A stretch of 61,497 bases of DNA, counting the filler, from Globobulimina sp. (taxonomy: Eukaryota), in the NCBI GenBank assembly GCA_003354225.1. It is 22 parts of 22 records of this genome, joined end to end, with 100 filler letters (N's around TTAATTAATTAA, not from the genome) between each part and the next. Parts side by side here need not be neighbours in the genome. Positions count along the whole stretch, not along the records: positions 1 to 2,703 come from PIVH01005281.1; positions 2,804 to 5,505 come from PIVH01005282.1; positions 5,606 to 8,307 come from PIVH01005283.1; positions 8,408 to 11,109 come from PIVH01005284.1; 18 more parts are not named here. One strand, 5' to 3'. Each line of letters begins with the position of its first letter. The first letter of the stretch is position 1. Of this stretch, positions 1 to 9,066 are shown piece after piece. The notes beneath the pieces are model-generated. The model was not told the origin of the DNA and did not search any database. It was given only the letters and a program-made list of their open reading frames with translations. A program made the position numbers and the translations under genes.

Positions 1-32
1 AAGATAAAAAGCAGTTATGTTCCATAAAGACG

Positions 33-677
33 ATGACATTTTTTGATAAGAATATATTTCGAGATTATATACGAAAAGAAAAGTGTACCTTAATTCCTTT
101 GAATAAAAATATTAAATGTCGGCGAGCGTCAAGAAATCACGGCAAATATACCTTTGTTATCTCAAATGCTGAAGGCGATCGAAAATGGTATTTTTCGCTA
201 AATTCAAAACGTATTTTAACAGATTGGCTTAAATTATTAACCTTTCCATTGAATAAAAATCGAAAATGTATGGAAATTACAAATAAAAACACACAATGTC
301 ATAACAAATATTATTATCCACAAAAATCAAAAAATAAAAATTATTGTGATATTGAAATTGAATCAACATTGAATGCAATATCCACAAAATCATCAAAATA
401 TGTATGGCCAATGAGTGATAAAACAAAAGATAATCAAATCGCAAAATATCGAAGCTTAAGACCACAAATAATTAAATTTATATCATCGCCAACAAATGTC
501 ATTGACGGTCCAGGTCCAGCTCCGGATTCAGATTCATCTCTTTTGACATTGACGGCATCGGCCTCGGCCTCCAGTAATTTAAGTTTTTTATCTACGCATT
601 GTAACCAATTGCAAGATGAAGGGGAAAATGCTAATTTTGCTGACACTGACGATTCATTTAATGTTTACATAACATAA
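33..677 (+). CDS. Probable PH-domain-containing protein, likely 5'-partial
   Basis: KYTFVISNAEGDRKWYFSLNSKRILTDWLKLL resembles the last beta-strands and Trp-containing C-terminal helix of a PH domain; low-complexity tail follows. Confidence 0.4.
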   Translation: MTFFDKNIFRDYIRKEKCTLIPLNKNIKCRRASRNHGKYTFVISNAEGDRKWYFSLNSKRILTDWLKLLTFPLNKNRKCMEITNKNTQCHNKYYYPQKSKNKNYCDIEIESTLNAISTKSSKYVWPMSDKTKDNQIAKYRSLRPQIIKFISSPTNVIDGPGPAPDSDSSLLTLTASASASSNLSFLSTHCNQLQDEGENANFADTDDSFNVYIT

Positions 678-1312
678 TTTATCTGAATCTCTGTTAAATA
701 GTCAGCTGCATTGTATTTATTTTTAGCTATATATTCCAGCTCCATTCGTCTCTTAATTATATACAAATTGTTTTTCTTTTTTCCCTTATTGACTATAAAT
801 TATTTATATTTTATTATCGTTTGTACAAAAGAATCATTGCTTTTTTTTTCTTTTGCAAGTGTTGTTTGTGTATATTGACTTATAAGCAAATTCCATGCAA
901 TTTGTTAAAACATAGGTTAATATCGACTCCATTATCTCATAAAAAATTTTTTATTTTTTTTTCGCCCCGTATTATATATAAAACTTTTTTTTTTTGTGAA
1001 AACCTTTCAAGTAAAATTATACTCAAGAAAAATGAGATTGATTATACTTTCCTTGAAAGGTTTTGACAGATATATAGAACATTTACGTAAATATTATTTT
1101 GTTTGATGACTTTGATGTCCAAAGGAAAATGTTTGCGCTAGAAAAAAATTGTTACATTGAAAGAACTGCATTTATCGCAGAGGTTTTAGGTTTCATGTTT
1201 TTTATGTTTGCTATGAAGTTAAGTGGTGAGATCGTCGATTTTGTGGTATTGTACATTGATTTTAAATTACAAAGATAAGATGCTTGGCATGCACATGTAT
1301 TGCAATTGGTAA

Positions 1313-2035
1313 CTATATAGAACTTGATCTAGCACTAAAACTTGACCGAGCGTCCTGATCCTGATCCTCGTCGAAATACTGTCTTCGTGATGCAAGTTGT
1401 CTGCTTAAACTTTGTGTCATCCCTATTCCTATCCCTGTACTTGCATTTGTACTTGTTTCATTTCTCCAATGTACACTAGGTTTCCTTAATAATTTGCCTT
1501 TCTCAATTTGTTTCAACAAAGATTTTCTAATATTACTTTTATTATTGACTTGTTGTGTGTTTTGCTTTTGCATAACATTTGGAGATGGAGGTACCGGTAT
1601 TATTACTTGTATTTTTGTGGGAGGAGGAGGAGGTGGAGGAATTGCAATTGTTTTGTGGAATTTCCGTGGTGGTGCTGATGGTATGCTGCGTCTTGATTGC
1701 CGTGGTTTTGTTAATTTAATATTATGCAATGAAGGTTCGCGTATTTGTATACCGGGATAGATTGTTCGCAATGTGTTATCTGATACAATTTTGTAAATAT
1801 CACTATGTGTAATTGCAACATCTAGATCTGATGAATCATTATTGTCTCCCAAACAACGTCTAAAAAATATATTGAATACGGCACCAATTATACCGAGAAT
1901 ACAAATAACCAATAAAAGAACATGTAGTATTTGGTCTGAGCTCTTTAAGTGGCCACGGCGTTGATGTTGGGTTGTTTGTGTAAGAAACAAAATCAATAAA
2001 ATTGACGCAGCTAAAACGATAATATTTCGGAGCAT
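1313..2035 (-). CDS. Membrane-anchored WASP/WAVE-like protein (hydrophobic segments, poly-Pro, WH2, central and acidic segments)
   Basis: Two hydrophobic stretches (IIVLAASILLILFL; ILHVLLLVICILGIIGAVFNIFF), then PPPPPPP, a WH2-like RKSLLKQIEKGKLLRKP, and GIGMTQSLSRQLASRRQYFDEDQDQD. First ATG is at 2035. Confidence 0.55.
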   Translation of the reverse strand: MLRNIIVLAASILLILFLTQTTQHQRRGHLKSSDQILHVLLLVICILGIIGAVFNIFFRRCLGDNNDSSDLDVAITHSDIYKIVSDNTLRTIYPGIQIREPSLHNIKLTKPRQSRRSIPSAPPRKFHKTIAIPPPPPPPTKIQVIIPVPPSPNVMQKQNTQQVNNKSNIRKSLLKQIEKGKLLRKPSVHWRNETSTNASTGIGIGMTQSLSRQLASRRQYFDEDQDQDARSSFSARSSSI

Positions 2036-2703
2036 AGCATAATAATATCGGAGATACAATTCATTCAAAAGTGCGAAATGGAGTAAACTACAAAACGTAT
2101 CTCTTGAGCAGCTGCTATACTTTTCAACATCTTTTCATGTTGAACCAGTTCATGCTGCGTTCCATCGCATCTTTTATCATTGGCTATTATTTGTTGTCGG
2201 TGTAGGAATCGTCGATTCTAAAAAACTCTCCACTACGCATCTTCAAATACAAAATAACAGTGATCATGGCTTTATCCTGGACCCTGAGAGTACAAGTACG
2301 TATATTAATATATACATTGTCTAATGGTAATACACAATATACAATATATTTAGATTGAAGATGGTTGCAATTTTGATTTTGGGTTTGATAAAAATGAGAG
2401 TGTGGGAGGTTTTTTCCGATGTGTCTTTAATAAATGCATTAATCAATGCAGCAAAAAATGGAGTTCGCTAGACAAAAAACAGGAAAGCGACCTGTGTGAC
2501 ATAGCCTACTGTACTGTACCTAGCTAATTTTACTAACTAAAACCCTCGATACTTTGCAGATGTTTCCTCACATCTAGTGAGAACAGGTGTCAAGTTAAGG
2601 TAGTCTGAGTAGTCTGGTATACCCCTAATCAGATTACCACTGTAGTACTGTAGGTGGGATACATTAAGCACACTATACTAGCAGTAGCTAGTAGCAGCTA
2701 CTA

Positions 2704-2803
2704 NNNNNNNNNNNNNNNNNNNNNNNNNNNNNNNNNNNNNNNNNNNNTTAATTAATTAANNNNNNNNNNNNNNNNNNNNNNNNNNNNNNNNNNNNNNNNN
2801 NNN
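2704..2803. other. Artificial contig linker (44N-TTAATTAATTAA-44N), first of 21
   Basis: Identical 100-bp spacers start at 2704, 5506, 8308, 11110, 13912, 16714, 19516, 22317, 25118, 27918, 30718, 33518, 36318, 39117, 41916, 44714, 47512, 50310, 53107, 55904 and 58701. The 12-mer has stops in all six frames. Contig lengths fall monotonically from 2703 to 2697. Confidence 0.99.
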
Positions 2804-3708
2804 TCAAACTCCGAATCGATCGATGTATTTCTAACTACAATGCATCAGTGTCAGATCGACACAAAATTAGCGAATTTGACATAAACATCCATACAACAAA
2901 GTGGATGACTAAGAATATCCAAAATAAACAATTTAACACATTAATTCATTGTAAAACAGATAAGAATAAAGCCGCATTATTGGCACAGCGGAATAAAAAC
3001 TCGGGTTCATTTTTTAATATCTCAATGCGCAGCGGATACGGACAAATTTATACAAATACAGAATATAGAATCATTATCAAAAAACGATTACGTGTCGAGA
3101 TGATTGCCGCCGGTGAACAATGTCTGTGTTGTTTTGAAACATTAGACTTATTCGGCGACCATGCGGCAGTCTGTAAATTTGGCAAAGGCATCATTTTTAG
3201 GCATGATATCGTGGTAAAAGCCATCTCGTCATTATTAAACCAGGCAAAAATCAAACATTCAATTGAATTACGCCATCTTTTCGACGACAAATTATTAAAA
3301 CCGGCAGACATATTCATTAAGAATTGGGGCACCAAAGGAGAAGAATACGCATTTGACATTGGTATAGTTTCAGTCTGCGCGGATAGCAACTTTTCAGCAG
3401 CAAGCAAGCATTTATTGGCTGCAGCAAATAAATTTTATAATCATAAACTAAATAAATACAAACAATATGTCAATGATAACAAAATTAATGTACGTCAATT
3501 AATTTACGTACCCATAATCATTGAAGATTATGGCGGTCTTCATCGCGAAGCCGTGAAATTAGTTAAGAAAATTGCAAATCGTCGAGCATCAAATATGAAT
3601 CTCGACGTTCCTGACTCTATCGGATACTGCTTTCAATATATCAGTTCATGTCTGATGAAAGCGAATGCGATCGCCACCTTAAACCATTACAACATCTATT
3701 ACACATAA
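2804..3708 (+). mobile_element. 3' part of a CRE-like non-LTR retrotransposon ORF (CCHC knuckle + restriction-like endonuclease)
   Basis: CLCCFETLDLFGDHAAVC zinc knuckle, RHD, KPADI, AFDIGIV, KLNKY and PIIIEDYGG match the RLE C-terminus of CRE-clade elements. Same motif order as 14012-16466. Confidence 0.85.
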
Positions 3709-4003
3709 ACCAATTAAATTAATTCCATTTATGACACAATGTCCAGAACAATTTGTTCTCGACACAATCTGAGTTTATTTGATTGTTTGACTTATTTTCT
3801 TGTTATTTTTGTTTTGTCACAATTTATCCATTTTTAATGTCTATGAAATGAATTTTATATCATTCTATAGCAAAATTATTATATGTTTAATTAATTACTT
3901 TGTTTTTGATCCTTTTCTATTACATTATTTAATAATTCTCTTTTTTCCTTTTTATTCATTGTCGTTTTCCTTTTGAGTTTTTGGTTCTCACAGCGAACTT
4001 TAA

Positions 4004-4420
4004 AGTAAGTATACCGGTCAAAACAAAACACATTATAAAACATGATAAAACATTGATGAAACAGTGTAAAAAACAATACAAAACACATTGTAAAACATAA
4101 TAAAACACATTATAAAACATAATAAAACAAATTGTAAAACACACAAAATAATTTATAAAACACAATAAAACATATTGTAAAACATAGTAAAACATTTGAC
4201 AAAACACAGCAAAACACATTGTAAAACATAACAAAACAAATGAAAAACAACATAAAACAAGTTATAAAACAAACAATAAATTAGAAAACACGAAAAAAAC
4301 TGTATTAAGTCAACGTATAACTGAAGTACACAGATAATGATACGAAGAGACCATGGTTAAACCTCTGGTATATCCACGTAGCTCAATTGGTAGAGCATTG
4401 TTTTGACCGGTATACTTACT
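4004..4420. mobile_element. 417-bp MITE-like non-autonomous DNA transposon
   Basis: Perfect 23-bp TIRs AGTAAGTATACCGGTCAAAACAA (4004-4026) and TTGTTTTGACCGGTATACTTACT (4398-4420), flanked by direct TTTAA (3999-4003, 4421-4425). Internal AAAAC-rich tandem repeats; no credible coding sequence. Confidence 0.8.
4021..4290 (+). repeat. Degenerate ~22-bp tandem repeat (AAAACACATTGTAAAACATAAT-like) inside the MITE
   Basis: AAAAC recurs about every 10-12 bp, with strong A/C strand bias. Confidence 0.8.
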
Positions 4421-5182
4421 TTTAATTTAACTATTTGGAGTCATTTTACTTCTTCCTTGCAAAAAAATTGTTCGTTTCTTAGCTGTTTTGGCAACGAAAA
4501 TGAGAGATTATTTATTCAACCGCCTTATACAGGATATGCATTGAAAATTAATTGCATTCATAACATGGCAACGGATGAGCTTTATAAAACGTATATAAAT
4601 GCTATGATCCGATTGGATATTATGATGCATGCGGATGGTCACAATACATTATATGACGTATCGCATCTTCCCAAATCGACAAAGAAAAAAGAATTGAACA
4701 TTCTGTATTCATTATTTGTCGGTGGCACCGCCAAAATGCCTCAATATATACAAAAATCATTTGATAAATGGTGTTATTTGCAAAGGGAAATTAGTTTGAA
4801 TTTAGATGGAATCCCAAAACAGTTTAATGATTATGTTTACTTTAAAAATGGGAGTAAGGAAATAGTAGCATTTGATGCAATAAACCAGACATTTGTCAAT
4901 GTTGAATCGATTTCGTGTTCTACAGACTGGGATACAGCAAAGCCTTTGTTACCAATGCATTTGGATATCTTATTAGTTGTTATTCAAAATATCAATAAAA
5001 TTCAAAATTCAAAACTTGAGGTTATTGTAATTGAAGACTCAGAATTGAATACTAATAAAAAGACAGAGAAGCTGCCAGATGCAAAGAAGAGACGCTTTTT
5101 TCAACACAACTGGGCATTATCAGATGATGAAGACCCATGTTTCCGTACATTGGAAATACGTAAAATCAATAAACAAAAATAA
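4403..5182 (+). CDS. Hypothetical protein, probably a 3' exon or fragment
   Basis: Long ORF with protein-like composition from about 4460. CSFLSCFGNENERLFI carries an E-x-E motif reminiscent of ART folds. The annotated start lies inside the MITE TIR and is not credible. Confidence 0.45.
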   Translation: MTGILTFNLTIWSHFTSSLQKNCSFLSCFGNENERLFIQPPYTGYALKINCIHNMATDELYKTYINAMIRLDIMMHADGHNTLYDVSHLPKSTKKKELNILYSLFVGGTAKMPQYIQKSFDKWCYLQREISLNLDGIPKQFNDYVYFKNGSKEIVAFDAINQTFVNVESISCSTDWDTAKPLLPMHLDILLVVIQNINKIQNSKLEVIVIEDSELNTNKKTEKLPDAKKRRFFQHNWALSDDEDPCFRTLEIRKINKQK

Positions 5183-5379
5183 GATTTACTTTTTTTGAAA
5201 ATTGTTCGTATTTCTGTTACATTGATAATCCATTCTCCAATCGCAGCATCTTTTGTGTGTTGTTTTTTTATTGTTTGAACTGCTGACACACAAAACCATT
5301 TTTTTAATTTTGGAAGACATAACTCCAATCATGGTGGATGACAGTTTTTTTTAGCCAGCAATGTAAGCGATTAGGCATA

Positions 5380-5505
5380 ATGCAGATGCTATTCATCATT
5401 TGTTTTTTATTAGTGAATAATGCAGCATTACAATGCTTAAATGAAAACGGACACGATGTTGATTGGTGGTTTATTTACAAGATTAATAATGGATTATCTT
5501 ATACA
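5380..5505 (+). CDS. Deoxyribonuclease II family protein, N-terminal fragment
   Basis: Signal peptide followed by LQCLNENGHDVDWWFIYKINNGLSY, the typical DNase II N-terminal C..G..VDW(F/W)..YK motif. Cut by the contig end. Confidence 0.75.
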
Positions 5506-6211
5506 NNNNNNNNNNNNNNNNNNNNNNNNNNNNNNNNNNNNNNNNNNNNTTAATTAATTAANNNNNNNNNNNNNNNNNNNNNNNNNNNNNNNNNNNNNNN
5601 NNNNNTTTCGGATTTATAACAGTTTTTAGATTTTGAAATCATGATTTCGTTTTTTTATTAATATTCTTTTTTTGTGAACAATAATTCTGCCTTGAATAAT
5701 AATGTAAAATAATTGAAGCTTTTTATCTTGGTTCCATTTCCTCATTACACTTATGGACAAATGACCTCATGCTCCTATCCTTATTGCATTACATGGACTG
5801 AACGCTGGTGAACAAAGTTTCTGATTGTTTGATATCAAGCTGTAATTCGGAGGTTTGATTTTGTTTTGGATTTGGATTTGGAATATTTGATATTAATGTT
5901 GAATACTTGGAATCGCCTTGGTTTGAGTTAATTTTATTCAACTGACTTCGGAATTAATTCCCATGTTAAAAAATGAAAAAAACCTCCACTCAAAGCGCAT
6001 TTGGTTGGCTCATCCGTGAATGACAATTCTTCATTAGTTAAATAACTCTGGTGCCCACTGCCCAATCATTATAAATAACAACCTATCACAAAATAATAAC
6101 AGAATCATATTCCACAAACCAAAACAAAAGTCTTTGTGAGACATAACACCAAAGAAATACGCAAAATCGCATTGACAATCTCCACCACAAAAACCAGAGA
6201 AAAAACCGTTG

Positions 6212-8234
6212 ATGAACCAAGCGCTTTTACCATCCGAATCGATAAATAATAGTAAAAACAAAACCAAATCGCCTGTAAACCCGCAATTGCAAAACAAAGA
6301 CATTTTAGTCGAAGCAGACAAGTCAGACAACAACAATATGAGTTTCGATGTGAATAAGAAAAACAGTGAGCAAAAGCAATCCGCATACGGCGCCTCCACG
6401 CATCAACAAAACAAGACCATGTCCGGTGGAGGAGGCAGTGTCGGCGGCTCCAATAACCATCACAACGCCAATGGCAACAATGTGGCCGACGACGCCACGC
6501 ATATACGACTATTGCAAGACGTCTTTGCCACCGCCAACAAAACCGGCACTTTGGAGAAGAAAATGTTGACGCCCGCTGTTTGCAGGACAGATGTCATGAA
6601 GTTATGGAGAGAGGTCTTGAACAACAATGTATATAATGGCCTGAGGTACATTAATATATTCATGCGAATATGCGATATATTCCTTCAGTTTGAACCTAAA
6701 AAAAGTTTCAAACCAAAAATAATTCAGTTTGAAACTAAAAAAAATCAGTTTCAAACTGATGAGATAACAAAAAAAAAATATGATCCAGTTTGAAACCATA
6801 TTTTTCCAGTTTGAAACTGAATTTTTCTGGTTTGAAACTGAATTTTTTTGTTTGAAACTGATTTTTTCTGGTTTGAAACTGAAAAAACACACAGAAAAAT
6901 CCAATTGCGTTGGTGTGCGATGCAGTCGGCGGGGGCCAAATTGTTAGCGGACGGCTTGGGCAATTCTTGCATGAACAGCTTGGAGACCTTGGATTTAATG
7001 GGCAATGAGATCGGCGTGTCGGGCAGCCGCGCAATCTCTCAGTTATTAGCACCCGGTGTGGATTTGGACTCCTTCCAAGTGCAGGACAGTCGGAGTGTGC
7101 TGGCAGCCTTCGAGCACACCACACGGATCGGCTGCATCCGAACCTTGATCTTATCGTACAATTGCACGTCGGATGCGGGCTGTGGCTATTTGGGGAAAGC
7201 CATTTGTATCAGCAACACCATCAACAGATTGGAGTTAGAAAACTGCGAAATTGGAGACAACGGCTGCAAGTATTTGCGGCGTGGCATTGAGCGGAACCAA
7301 ACCATCAAAATCTTGAATATTGCTGCGAATAGATTCGGTGATTTAGGCGCACGCGAAATACAGTCGTTTTTATTGCGAAACAGTTCATTGTCGAAATTGG
7401 ATATTTCTCGCAATAGGTTGGGACCACAAAGAACTATGGAAATAGCAAAGGGTACGTCCGCAATGCAGCAGTTTCAAACTGCCCTTTTCAGTTTGAAACT
7501 GAACAAAAAATAGGTCAATATTTTCGAATTCAGTTTGAGACTGAAACTGCATCCGATACATAGGGCTAACCATGAATCGATCGCTCAAAAATTTGCGTAT
7601 GAATATAAATCGAATCGGTGCGCGTGGCGCCCAGTTGTTGGCCAAGATGTTGATCAACAATCACAGTTTGGAGGAGTTAGAATTGAGTTACAACGAGATA
7701 TTTAATGATGGCGTCCAAGTCTTGGCACAAGGCTTGGTCCAAAACCACGGCCTCAAACGCATTGTGTTGTGGTATAACGGCTTGGAGGACGCAGCAGCGC
7801 GGCAATTGGCGCGTGCCTTACATCAACGCAGTAAACAGGCGCATTTCCGCAATGATATGGTTCAATCCATAGCTGAATCGCAGCCGGATTACTTTTTCAT
7901 CATTGACAAGAACGCGGCGCATACACTCAACAAACACAGCCAGGCCAACCATTCGCAGCCAAGCAAGAAATCGAGACATCATTCGTCGAAATCGAAGCCC
8001 AGACCGCATCCGGAAACCTATCCAATTTGCGAGAAAATCGTGGATTATTTGCCGGTGTATATGTATTTTGAAGTGGATTTATCGCACAATCGAAGGATTA
8101 CGAAGAATGGTATCAATGCGTTGTTGGAAGTAGCGAATAGTGACAGTATCGCCGTGAGGGGGTTAAAGGATTTGTTGTCGAGGGATCGGAGAGAGAGAGA
8201 AATTGCTGCTTTAGCAAAAACTTCGTTATATTAA
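6212..8234 (+). CDS. Ribonuclease-inhibitor-type LRR protein (NLRC3-like repeats), 3 exons
   Basis: Repeats such as LETLDLMGNEIGVSG and LEELELSYNEIFNDG. GT-AG introns 6646-6894 and 7452-7563 join the ORFs in frame (NGLR|KIQLRW; AKG|LTMNRS). Start codon uncertain. Confidence 0.85.
6685..6882. repeat. Array of about 9 palindromic CAGTTT[G/C]AAACTG units in LRR intron 1
   Basis: GTTT cores at 6688, 6705, 6727, 6748, 6788, 6809, 6830, 6850 and 6871 (mostly 20-22 bp apart). Three more copies lie in intron 2 (7468-7544). Confidence 0.9.
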
Positions 8235-9066
8235 TTAGCTTTTACATGCGTCTTTTTTTGCTTTTTTTTTTCTTTTGTGTTTTTTTTTTTGGTGATGTAA
8301 TAATTGTNNNNNNNNNNNNNNNNNNNNNNNNNNNNNNNNNNNNNNNNNNNNTTAATTAATTAANNNNNNNNNNNNNNNNNNNNNNNNNNNNNNNNNNNNN
8401 NNNNNNNGATATCATACCAGATATCAAATATAATCAGGATTACTATCCATTGACATGGCTTCAACCGCATAATGTATTGAATGTCGCGTCAATCACTGCG
8501 AGAGCCATTGAAACATTTGATTTGAGGGAAAATGCCAAAAAATGGAAAATTCACCATGTGGAGGACAAATTTGATGAGATTTTTGGGGAACAGTTGGAAT
8601 CCTCAAATGCTGCAAAATATCGATTATTTGCTTGATATATTCAATTTTTCGATCCATTCTGAGTTTCGAGTTCTGTTTTTTTTTTTGTTTTCATTGCCAT
8701 AAACATCAGTCGTATGGCAAAATTGCATTTATTCAAACTAGCATCATATCCATACATCGTAGTTCAACGTGCTTTCTCTAATTTTTTGAATGAACTGAAT
8801 AAGCGTATAATTTTATTGAATCCCAGTTTTATCCGATAAGAAAACACAAAAACAAGTACAGTTTTGGAAAATTGTAGAGACCAAAGAATACTCAAAAACT
8901 GTTTTCAAAAAGCCGGTACTAAGAACAATCAAAAGGTACATAAAAACAACTACAAATCCTAACCTTTACTAGTGATCATTAATAAAATAAACGTTATTAC
9001 ATGAATATGAGTAAAAATATCGCCAAAAAACAACAACAACAAAAAAGATAACATCATGTACATAAA

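Noticed and set aside
3891-4234. Hydrophobic F/C/V/Y-rich ORFs on the minus strand
   Set aside because: Translation artefacts of the AAAAC tandem repeat.
4374-4450. Complete tRNA gene
   Set aside because: Only the D-arm is present; there is no pairing anticodon stem, T-arm or 3' acceptor strand. The upstream CCATGGTTAAACCTCTGG is too poor a T-arm to support a permuted tRNA.
6685-6882. CRISPR array (GTTTCAA/TTGAAAC resemble CRISPR repeat ends)
   Set aside because: Units are 15 bp with 5-7 bp A/T spacers, lie inside spliceosomal introns, and no cas genes are present.
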